The notes below the pieces were generated by a model. It was not told the origin of the DNA, did not search any database, and saw only the letters and a program-made list of their open reading frames with translations. From an uncultured Gemmataceae bacterium (lineage in GTDB: Bacteria > Planctomycetota > Planctomycetia > Gemmatales > Gemmataceae), in assembly GCA_963750165.1 (NCBI GenBank), contig CAVVPN010000011.1, forward strand, positions 1,056,001 to 1,120,000: a stretch of 64,000 bases of DNA. Direction: 5' to 3'. The position numbers were made by a program, and so were the translations under genes. Positions 20,503-29,579 of the stretch are shown in pieces. The stretch's first letter is position 1, and each line of letters begins with the position of its first letter.

Positions 20503-22042
20503 CGAATGGCACTTAGTTCTTTCTAATGCCTTTGCGCATCTCCTGTTTGGTCTCGCGCCTCGGTTTTCGGAGGAAGCCGTAGTGCTTGGGCCGCCGTTTC
20601 CGTTGCCGCGGCTCATACCGGTCCGGCCGGTCCGCGACGCGATGACTGGCAATGGCCGCGAGGATCTGCTGGTAGAGTTCCCTGCGCAGGGCGGCGTCCT
20701 GCTCGCCCCGGAGTGCCAGCACGGGTTGGAACGCCGCCAACGTTTGCAGGGCGCCCTTGAAGCTGATCGACCTCGGTTCGAGGCCGTGCGCGCTCGCCGC
20801 CTGGGCCATGACCGTGCGGACCAAGTTGTAGGCCAGGAGGTGCGCCCAGATCTCCTTGCGCACCATCTCCGGCGTCTTGCACCGCAGGACGCGCATCTGC
20901 ATCGTCTCTTTCAGGGATCTCAGATCAAGTTCGGCATTCCAGCGCGCACGGTAGAGCTGCCCCAGGTCCTCCTTGGTAATCTCCGCCGGGTCCAGCAGCG
21001 TCGTGGCCACGATGAGGGTGGTGATGCGGAAGCCCGGCTGCTCGACCTGCACCCGGCACTCCCGGACGGTCAGGGACTCGGGCAGCATCGCGTACGCGGC
21101 GCGATCGATGGTGCGGGGCTTGGGCGGCTTGGGCCACACGACGACGTGGTCGCCTTTCCCCAGGCGCCGGCCGCGGCGGAAGTCCGCCCGGCGGTGCGAC
21201 GAGAAGCGGCAGACGCTGTCGACGCCGCGCTCCTTGAGCAGGACCATCTCCGTCCAGGCGCACAGCAGCCGGTCGGCGAGCACGACGTCCCCAGGTCGGA
21301 ACAGGTCCAGCAGGGTGCGCAGCATGCCCAGTTCGCTCTGCCCCTTGCCCGCGTAGCGGCACAGGGCCAGGTCAAGGACCGCGCCGCAGGCCAGCGAGAA
21401 GACGGCGGCGATCCGCGCCAGCGGGAAGCCCAGGCCGGGCTTCTGCGTGCCGGGCTGCGGGTAGTCGCGCTGGTTCGCCGGTGTATCGGGCATCGACGCC
21501 GACGAGCCGTCGTAGACGTGGACGCGGCGGCGCTTCCACAGCCACTGCGGCTCGACGGCGTCGTCCAGGGCGCGCCCCGTCTGGCGGGCCACGTCGGCGA
21601 CGAACGCTTCCGGCAGGCGCTGGCGGGCCTGGCAGTAGGCGCCGGTCTGGGCCGAGCAAGGGCTTTGCCCCCGGGCGAGGCGGTGGGCCAGCAGGCGCGC
21701 GACGGCGGCGCGGCAGGAGTGGTCGGCGCTGAGGACCTGGCCCAGGAAGACCCAGAGCGTGACCAGCGGGGAAAAGATCCGGTCCAGCCAGCCGGTGAGG
21801 GTGGCCAGCGCCTGGGCGATGACCCCTTCGGTGAGGACGTCGGTGAACGGCAGGTCGCCGTCCTGGAGGAATTGCCGCCTCAGGAAGTTCGCCTGAGCGC
21901 GGAAGGGCCTTGGTTTACAATGGCGCATCGCGGGCCTCCTTGGCGGGGATGGGATGGTTGCCAAACTCCATCTTCCCAAGCGAGGCCCGCTTTGCCTATG
22001 TCACCTTCTCCTTTCGGCTTACGGAGATCTATGTGCCATTCG
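20503..22042 (-). mobile_element. IS4-family insertion sequence, copy A2
   Basis: Same TIRs as 11223-12762. Only two substitutions were noticed relative to A1. Confidence 0.92.
20513..21928 (-). CDS. IS4-family DDE transposase
   Basis: Protein identical to the A1 transposase except for one A/D change. Confidence 0.93.
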   Translation of the reverse strand: MRHCKPRPFRAQANFLRRQFLQDGDLPFTDVLTEGVIAQALATLTGWLDRIFSPLVTLWVFLGQVLSADHSCRAAVARLLAHRLARGQSPCSAQTGAYCQARQRLPEAFVADVARQTGRALDDAVEPQWLWKRRRVHVYDGSSASMPDTPANQRDYPQPGTQKPGLGFPLARIAAVFSLACGAVLDLALCRYAGKGQSELGMLRTLLDLFRPGDVVLADRLLCAWTEMVLLKERGVDSVCRFSSHRRADFRRGRRLGKGDHVVVWPKPPKPRTIDRAAYAMLPESLTVRECRVQVEQPGFRITTLIVATTLLDPAEITKEDLGQLYRARWNAELDLRSLKETMQMRVLRCKTPEMVRKEIWAHLLAYNLVRTVMAQAASAHGLEPRSISFKGALQTLAAFQPVLALRGEQDAALRRELYQQILAAIASHRVADRPDRYEPRQRKRRPKHYGFLRKPRRETKQEMRKGIRKN

Positions 22043-22390
22043 GCACAGCGCCTGCAGCGTCGGCAGCCCCACCCGCGGGCCCAGCAGCCCAATCAGCGCC
22101 AGCGCCCGGTTGCGCAACTCCCGGTCGGAGCGTTGCGCCGGCCGGCCCTGCGCTGCCGCCCGCAGCCGGTCGCGCCGCCAGCGCGCCTCCCAGCGCCTCA
22201 GTGTCCGCAGGGACAGCCCCAGGCGTGCAGCCGCCTCCGCCCGCGTCAGCCCCAGCCGGGCGGCCCAGCGGCAGAAGGCCACCGCCCGGGCGCGCACGGC
22301 CCGCTCCCGCTCCCGGGCCGCCCGCTGCCCCGCCGGCCCGCGCCGCCGCGGTTCCCCGGGCGGTTGCCCGGGGGCCGTCAGCCGTTGCAC
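22043..22390 (-). pseudogene. N-terminal HTH part of a probable second integrase/transposase, cut by IS4
   Basis: LTRAEAAARLGLSLRTLRRWE...GRP..RS, a transposase-type HTH. The frame runs into the IS4 end at LQALC. Assignment as an integrase is an inference. Confidence 0.55.
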
Positions 22391-22809
22391 CCGCCGCTCC
22401 TCGCGGCGGGCACCCGCCGGGTCCGCGTCGCCCCCGCCGCCCGGCCGCCCCGGCGGCGCAGCCGCGGCAGCAGCAGGGCGATCTCTTCGCGGACCTGGGC
22501 GGCGCGCAAGCCGATGCGCAGCTCGCGCACCTCGGCCTCCAGGGCCGCCACCCGCGCGTCCGGCCCCGCCGGCGCCCGCGCCGGCCGGCCCGCCGGGCGC
22601 GGCTCCAGCCCCGCCAGGGCCGCCGCCAGGGCCTGGTCGCGCAGCGCCCGCAGCCGCCGCTCGCCCAGGCCCAGCGGCAGCCCCGCCTGGGCCACCGTCC
22701 GCCTTCCTGACAGCACGTCCAGCACCGCCAGCAGCCGCGCCTTGGCCAGCGCCGAGCCCTCCAGCCGCCCCACCGCCGCGTCCCACTCCGGCCTTCGTCC
22801 CCGCGTCAT
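22378..22809 (-). CDS. HTH protein with coiled coil (transposase OrfA-like)
   Basis: VLDVLSGRRTVAQA...LGLGERR...LEPRPAGRP...VAALEAEVREL. Confidence 0.7.
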   Translation of the reverse strand: MTRGRRPEWDAAVGRLEGSALAKARLLAVLDVLSGRRTVAQAGLPLGLGERRLRALRDQALAAALAGLEPRPAGRPARAPAGPDARVAALEAEVRELRIGLRAAQVREEIALLLPRLRRRGGRAAGATRTRRVPAARSGGCNG

Positions 22810-22903
22810 CGACCCGCCCTCCAGAAAAACGCAAATGCCGGGGCAGGCGACCGCCGCCCGCCCCGGCCAACTCTAGCTTCGGGGGACGTCGCCGGGCGCA
22901 CGG

Positions 22904-23473
22904 TCAGGGCGGGGCCGGCGTGGGCGGGCACTCCGGGGCCGCCGGTTCGGCCGGGGCCTCGGCGGGGGCGGCGGGGGCGGCGTCCCCGAACGGCTGCAGC
23001 AGCGCGGCCATCTTCAGGGCGCGGACGGTGGGGCGCCGCTTGCGGGCGGCGGGCGGCTCGGGCGGCGCCGGCAGCGTCAGGCCGACCGCCTGCCGGGCGG
23101 CGCGGACCAGGGCCTGCTGCCGGGCGCACTCCCGGCGCAGCCGCTCACACTCGCGGCGCAGGTCGGCGGGCTCGGCGGCCGGGGCGTGGCCGCGCCGCCG
23201 GGGCTCACAGGCCGCCACCAGCCCGGCCACCGCCCGCAGTTCCAGCTGGTAGTAGCGGGCCAGCGACAGCCCCAGCGCCCGGCCGGCCTCCGCGGGCCGC
23301 AGACTGCCGGCCAGCACCTCCAGGATCGTCGCCGCCAGTCGCCGGGCCGCCGGGCTGGCTCCCGCGAACGGCGTCGGGTCCGCCGCGGGTGCCGGCGCGG
23401 GTGCCGCCGCGGGCGGCGCGGGCGTGCCGGCGGGCGGTCGGCCGCGCCGCCGGGGGGAGGGGGTGGGGCTCAT
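22904..23473 (-). CDS. HTH protein with coiled coil, similar to 22378-22809
   Basis: ILEVLAGSLRPAEAGRALGLSLARYYQLE...CEPRRRG...LRRECERLRRE. ATGA-coupled to the integrase stop. Confidence 0.72.
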   Translation of the reverse strand: MSPTPSPRRRGRPPAGTPAPPAAAPAPAPAADPTPFAGASPAARRLAATILEVLAGSLRPAEAGRALGLSLARYYQLELRAVAGLVAACEPRRRGHAPAAEPADLRRECERLRRECARQQALVRAARQAVGLTLPAPPEPPAARKRRPTVRALKMAALLQPFGDAAPAAPAEAPAEPAAPECPPTPAPP

Positions 23474-24929
23474 GGCGCACCCCCTTCCGGGCTCGGCCCC
23501 GCGTCCAGCCGCCGCAGGCCCCCGTCCAGCGGCGAGGCCCCGGGCTCCGGCGGCTCCTCCGCATCCCCCGGGTGCCCCGCCACGATCCCCTGTGGGCACA
23601 CCGGCGCGGGCAGCGCCGCCGGCGGCCCGCCCGGCGCCGCCGGGGCCGGCGCGGGCGGGGCGGCGAGGTCCACCTCGCGGCGGCCGCCGCCCGCGTCCGT
23701 AAGGATGACGCGCTCGCCCTCGGCGTGCAGGCTGAACGGCTGGCCCCCCACCTGCCCCGTCAGGTAGAACGGCGCCCTGGGCAGCCCGTGCCGGGCCAGC
23801 TCCAGGGCGTTGGCCGCCACCCGCGCCCGCAGCGTCCGCAACACCTCCGGCGCCGCCCCGAAGTAGCGGTCGGCCGGCACCAGGTTGCCGATGCCCTGGT
23901 GCGGCCGCTGGAAGTTGTAGTGGTCGATGAACAGCCCGACGCGCTGCCGGGCGTCGGCCAGGTCCACGAACACCGCCGCCTCCAGGCACTCGCGCCAGAG
24001 CGTGCCCCAGAAGCGCTCGATCTTGCCCAGCGTCTGCGGCCGGTGCGGCGAGGCCACCACCTGGCGGACGCCGCGCTTCTCCAGCTCCTTCGTGAAGGCG
24101 CCCTTGCCACGCCAGGTGACGTACTGGCTGCCGTTGTCGGTGAGCACCTCCGCGGGGGCGCCGTGGACGGCTACGGCGGCGCGGAAGACCTCCAGGACCA
24201 GGGGCGTGGACTGGCTGGCGTGCAGGCCGTAGCCGACCAGGAAGCGGCTGTGGTCGTCGAGGAAGGCGACCAGGTAGACCCGGCGGTTCTGGCGCTTCAG
24301 GACGAAGGTGAACAGGTCGGTCTGCCACAGCTGGTTGGGGCGGCGCGCTCGAAGCGGCGGTCGTGGTCGGGGTGGGGCCTGGTCGGCGCCTCCTCCAGCT
24401 CGTAGCCGGCCTCGCGCAGGGCGCGGGCGACGGCCTGGGGGCTGGCGGCCAGGGCGGGGCCGCGGAGCAGCAGGGCGGCGATGCGCTCGGTGCCCCAATC
24501 GGGGTGGGCCTCCTTGAGCATGAGGATGGCGCGGCGGGTGGGCTCGGGCAGGCGGCTGCCGGCGGGGGCGCCGCGGGCCTTGTCGTCCAGGCCGGCGGGG
24601 CCGTCCGTCTCGAACTTGCGTTTCCAGGCGTACAGGGTATGCTTCGAGACGCCGACCAGGGGGGCGAAGTCGCCGGCGGGCAGGCCGCTGCGGCGCCAGG
24701 CGTCGAGGACGAGCAGGCGCTGGGCGGCGGTCAGGGGCGCGGCGGGGGTGTCGGGGGGCCGGGCGAGGCGCCGGCCGCGGGCGGGCTGCTGCAGGCGGGG
24801 CCGCTCGCGGGGCGGTTCGTCGGGCGGGGCAACGTCGGCCGGCGGCACTGGCGGGCCGGAGTCGGGGGCCTGAGGGGCGGGCCGCGGCACTACCGCGGCC
24901 GGGTCGGGGGTGGGGGACGGGGCGGACAT
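23470..24929 (-). CDS. DDE (rve) integrase/transposase, IS481-like, with N-terminal HTH; frameshift near 24340
   Basis: SD aaggagg; GVSKHTLYAWK HTH; PNQLWQTD, FLDDHSR, LTDNGSQY, GKIERFWGTL, YNFQRPHQG. Confidence 0.88.
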
Positions 24930-25027
24930 GCGCCCTCCTTTCGTGCGGGGGGACCCGCGAAGGGGAGGGCCGAATTCCGGCACCCATTTCCAGCGATCAG
25001 ACTGCCATTATTTCGGCGAGGAGGACA

Positions 25028-25959
25028 GCGGCTGGGTGGCGGCGGGCGCGCTGCGCATCGGCGAGCGGCTGCTGGGCGAGCGCGGGCCGGCGCGGGTGCT
25101 GTCCCTGACGCGGCGGCCGGGGAAAGAGCCGGTCTACAACATCGAGGTCGAGGGCGACCACTGCTACCGAGTGGGGGAGTGCGGACTGCTGGTGCATAAT
25201 AATTCGCTTTCACCAAACGCAGTGAGCGGAAAGTCGATTTTGGAAGGCAGGGGACAATGTGTCATTGAAACCGTGGACAACATCAATGTGACCACCTCGT
25301 CTCGAGGTGTGAGTCCATTTACTATGCCCCGAGACAATACGAATCAACTTGTCAACAAGACGGCTTTTTACATTCTCCGCGGGAGTATGGCCGGTTTCAA
25401 CGGGGCGGTATTGAAAGTTGGGTCGGCTCCATCGAGGGATCCAGCAGGAAGGTGGCTTGATTACAGAGTGGCCTATCAAAGGTGCGACCAATACGTAATT
25501 ACTGCCTGGTCGATTGACATGCCACACTCAAACAACAGTCCGGCGACGCAGATGCTTGAACGAGCGCTTCGCGCGGAGTTTTGCCCGACTTCTAGCTCAT
25601 GTCCATGGGATAATACTCGAGAGGCAGGTAAGCCCTTCGGGAGAAGGCTGGGAAGGCTCGGTTCCGGAGTTCCTTTTGAAGCTCAGTCAAGTTGTTGCTG
25701 GATCGATTGCTTTACATGGATGGCTGGCCAACCACAACCATCAAGTTCATCACTCCGGCCGCAAACCGAGCAAGAGTGGGGAACGTTTGTGATGCGGTGG
25801 AAACAAACTAGAATGGCCCAGGGGAGTGACACAGCAACAGATGAGGAAGTTGGGCGGGTCTTTTACAACGGTGCCGGCCGCACGACCATTCTTTCATGGC
25901 GACAATTGCGTGCGGCGCAGGTCGGAAAATCGTGGGCTACCATTGTCGCTGAAGCGTGA
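25028..25959 (+). pseudogene. Orphan polymorphic toxin tip: C-terminal half of a Hint domain plus a GIY-YIG/URI-like nuclease toxin
   Basis: GWVAAGALRIGERLL...VYNIEVEGDHCYRVG...LLVHN is the pretoxin Hint C-half. It is followed by AFYILR...VLKVGSA...GRW..Y...LERAL. GC content drops sharply after HN. Confidence 0.8.
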
Positions 25960-25966
25960 GGATGAG

Positions 25967-26326
25967 ATGCAGACCTCTAAAGCTTTTTGGTCAGTTCTTT
26001 GGGATGTTCTGAGCCGGGCTAACGGAAATGAAGAAGCATTGAAGGGTATTCTTCAATCCCTTCCAAGACAGATCATTATTGATTTTTCTAACGAGTTTAG
26101 GCGAGCTATGACTAACTTGTATGAGATTGAATATGAGGCTTCAGAAGATTACCAGAAAGACATTTCTGCGCTCATCGTGAGTAAGGGGAAAGAGTATTAC
26201 GACGAGATCGTTAACCATCCGGAACGAGTTCCTCACGAGATTGATCCCAATGGGCCTTACTTTCTTCACGTTCCTGCAGAAGTTTTTCGGGATCGCTTCG
26301 GAGAAGAGTTGATGGACCAGAGCTGA
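25967..26326 (+). CDS. DUF4240-like putative immunity protein
   Basis: FW......A......L...L..L....IIDF...F......LY......SED...D....IVSKG..YY..IV.HP. Lies directly downstream of the toxin and shares its low GC. Confidence 0.7.
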   Translation: MQTSKAFWSVLWDVLSRANGNEEALKGILQSLPRQIIIDFSNEFRRAMTNLYEIEYEASEDYQKDISALIVSKGKEYYDEIVNHPERVPHEIDPNGPYFLHVPAEVFRDRFGEELMDQS

Positions 26327-26465
26327 AGTGATAGCCATCCTGCAGAACAAGGTTACCCATGGAATGGTGGGTGTTGACAGGAAGTAGTTGGGAAAGCCGA
26401 TAGCCTTTGTCTTGCGACGGAGGCATCAACAGGGGGATAAGAAATAGTGGTCTTCGAGGAGGAGG

Positions 26466-26528
26466 AAAGGTGTCAGGACCCTAATATTACGATTTTTTAA
26501 TTCGTAATATTAGGGTCCTGACACCTTT
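26466..26528. repeat. Perfect 27-bp inverted repeat (REP/REPIN-like palindrome)
   Basis: aaaggtgtcaggaccctaatattacga, 9-nt spacer, tcgtaatattagggtcctgacaccttt. Confidence 0.9.
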
Positions 26529-26647
26529 GTTTCACCTTTCTCTCGGCCTGCCACGCCGAGGTGGATTCGCGTCGAAGCGTTTTCTGCTCCTGTCCTCTCG
26601 ACCGACGCGCGCATGCCGAAGTTCGTTGCGCGCGGCGGTCCGACACA

Positions 26648-28250
26648 CGAATGGCGCTAGCTTAAAAGTATTTCGACCGATTCTGCGGCAGTTTGGCGAC
26701 GTCTCGGGGTTGCATCAGTCGGGTCCCCGGCTTCGGCCTGCGCTTGCGCGCCCGCGGCTCCCAGCGCCCCGGGCGGTTGCCGACGCGGTGGTAAGCGATG
26801 GTCGCCAGCATCACGTCAACCAACCTCGCCCGGCCCGCAGGCCGCGCCGCCTCGATCTTCGGCGCGAACGCGGTCAGGGCTTGCTTGGCCCCCTTGAAAC
26901 TCACCTTGCGGGGCTCGACGTCGTTCTCGGCCGCGGCGACGGCCATCGCCGTGCGGAGCAGGTTGTACGCCAGCAGGTGAGCCCAGATCTCCTTGCGCAC
27001 CATCTCCGGACTCTTGCAACGCAGGATGTCCATCTTCATCACCGACTTGATCGAGCGGATGTCGATCTCCCCCTCCCACCTGCGCTCGTACAGGTCACCT
27101 ATCTGCGCGCCGCCTATCGACTCGTCGAGGATGGTCGTCACCACCTTGAACTGCTCGGCGCGGTTGTCCTTGTCGCGGGCGTCGACGCTGACCTGCCGCA
27201 TCGGCTGGGCCTTCGGGTAGGTGCGGTACTGGTCCCCACTCATACCGTGCGGCTTGTTGGGCCGCTGCCAGACGATCACGTCGCCGTCGGGCCCGCTGTG
27301 CACCGTCTGGGTCCCGACGCGCTGGTACTGGGCGCGGGCGACGACGTCGATGCCGCGCTGGCGCAGCTCCCAGATGAGGAAGTAGTCGTCGAACAGGGCG
27401 TCGGCGACGACCACGTCACCGGGTTGGAGGGCGCCGTACATCTGCCGCAAGAGGGTGGTCTCGCCGGTGCCCTTGCCCGCGTACGGCGCGATCGCCAGGT
27501 CGTGGCAGGCACCGCTCGCCAGAGACAGCAGCACGGCGACCCTGGCCAGCGGGAAGCCGATCCCCGGCTCCTGCACCACCGGCTGCGGGTAGGCCGCCTG
27601 GTTCTCTTCCGTGTCGGGCATGGAGACGTGGGAGCCGTCGGCGATGAACACGTCCCGCCCGTTCCACTTCCAGCCGTCGGGGAGGCTCTCCTGCAGCTGC
27701 TGGGCGGTCCGCCTGGCCAACGAGCGCAGGCGCGTCAGTGGGGACGCGGGCGCGGGCGTTACAGTAGCTGGCGGCGTTGGGCGAGCAAGGCTCCAGGCCG
27801 GACGCGGCGCGGTGGGCGATGATGCGCGAGACGGCGTCACGGCAGCTTTTATCCTCGCTGAGGACCTGGCTGAGGAAGCCCCAGATGGTGGTGACAGGGC
27901 TGAACAGACGGTCGCGGAACTTGACGCCGTGCTCGTCGAGGGCGTCGAGGATGCTGGCCTGGGTCAAGGACTCGGCGAAGGGCAGTCCTTGGTCGCGCGT
28001 GAATCGGGCGCGGACCTCCTGCAGGCTGGTCATGGGGGTGCCTCGAAAGTCGTGGGTAAGGTCGTCGATGGCAGAGGCGCAACCCCGAAAGCGGTGCGAC
28101 GTCGGGCGGCGTAGCAGGGTAAAGGCGAGGCAATGCCGGAGTTGAGGGCGCAGCGCCACAAGGCCCAGCCCGGACAAAGGGGGCGCGAGCACGATCGCCT
28201 TGCTTCTTGATTGTACGCGCGGCAGCGCGCCTTAAGCTACGCGCCATTCG
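26648..28250 (-). mobile_element. IS4-family insertion sequence B (diverged relative of A1/A2)
   Basis: TIRs cgaatggcgctagcttaa / ttaagctacgcgccattcg. Confidence 0.88.
26662..28033 (-). CDS. IS4-family transposase; frameshift near 27740
   Basis: DRLFSPVTTIWGFLSQVL (ORF 27416-28192) joins ADGS...VADA...LYERRWEGEIDIRSIK (ORF 26662-27840). Confidence 0.88.
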
Positions 28251-28342
28251 GCGATGTGACCGACGCGCGCAACGTTCCGGGCAAGGGTAGCGCGGATCGA
28301 TGGGGCAGCAGCGGGTTGAGGAGGCAAGCGGTCCTTTAGAGG

Positions 28343-29555
28343 TCAAGAGCGGCCGATCTCGAAGGCGACCAGGGAGATGTCGTCCTGAGGCCCTCCCTCC
28401 CCGGCCCAGTTCTCGACCCTCCGCAGCACCTTCATCACCGTGTCACTCAGCGCCTCTCCGGCGCGGCGTGCAAATCGGCGAGCAGCCGACCCTTGCCGAA
28501 TTGTTCTCCCTCCGCGTTCATCGCCTCCTGAAGCCCGTCGGAGTAAAGCCAGAATCGGTCACCCGGCCGGAAGCGCACAAGGGCGTCCTCGTACTCGGCC
28601 TGCTCGACGATTCCCACAGGAAACCCGGAGCTTTGCAACACGCTGGGTGTGGCACCCTCCGTCAGGATCACGGGGCCGGGGTGTCCGGCGTTGGTGTAGG
28701 TCAGGGTGTACGAGTCGAGGTCGAGAAAGCCGTAGAACAGGGTGAAGAACTGCTCGGAGCGGTTTGTGGAGAACTGCGCGTTGAGACGCTGGGCCACCTC
28801 GCTGGGCCGGGCCAGGCGGGCGGGTGTATCGCCCTGGGCTGGCAGTTTCAGCAGCGAATTGGCGCCGTGCGGGGTGAGGAAGTGGCTCACGGCCACGGAC
28901 AGCAGCGACGCCGCCACCCCGTGGCCGCTCACGTCGAGCAGGTACAGGCCGACGCGCCGGTCGTCGAGCAGGAAGATGTTCAGGAGGTCCCCGGCCAGTT
29001 CCGCGCAGGGCCGGAAGGCCCACGCCAGCCGCACGGGTGGGGTGTCGGGAAGCGCAGCCGGGAGGAGGGCTTGCTGAACCCGGGCGGCGGCCTGCAAGTC
29101 ACGTTTCAGCCGGGCGTTGGTCGCCGCTAGCTCCTCGGTGCGTTTGCGCAGCGCGTCCTCGACGCGCTTGATCCGGGTGAGGTCGTGCCAGACCGCGATC
29201 ATCGCGGGTTTGCCGCCGATCTCAACGGCGTTGAGCGTGACCGCGACGGGGAACACCTCGCCATCGATCTTGCGGTGCAGCCACTCGAAGCGGTGGTAGC
29301 CGTGCGCCGCGCCAGTGCGTCCATCTCCCTGGCCTTCTCCAGCGAGCGGCGGCCGTCCGGCTGATACTCCGGGGAAAGCACCGCGGGGTGCAGCGCGAGG
29401 ACCTGGGCCTTGTCGGTCGCCCTGAGCAGCTTGACGGTGGCGGCGTTACAGTCCGTGATGCCGGTCTCATCGAAGATGAAGTGGGCGTCGGAGGAATGCT
29501 CGAAAAGGACGCGGAAGCGGTCGCCGTGCTGCGTGCTCTCAGGAGGGGGTGTCAT
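28343..29555 (-). CDS. PAS domain plus SpoIIE/PP2C phosphatase (RsbU-like); several frameshifts
   Basis: FRVLFEHSSDA (PAS); AARVQQALLP, AGDL, DVSGHG, NAGHP, YSDGL. The terminal DDISLVAFEI* motif is recovered in another frame, ending at 28343. Confidence 0.8.
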
Positions 29556-29579
29556 TCGTTCTTGCACCTTCGTTATACT

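Larger units (their letters stand above)
22043..25027 (-). mobile_element. Multi-gene DDE transposon (TGT end at 25027), truncated on its other side by IS4 A2
   Basis: The minus strand begins TGTCCTCCTCGCCGAAATAATGGCAGTCTGATCGCTGGAAATGGG at the junction with Hint-coding DNA. Four co-oriented, very GC-rich genes follow. Confidence 0.7.

Noticed and set aside
25028..25200. Functional intein
   Set aside because: Only the C-terminal half of a pretoxin-type Hint domain remains; the N-terminal Cys block is absent.
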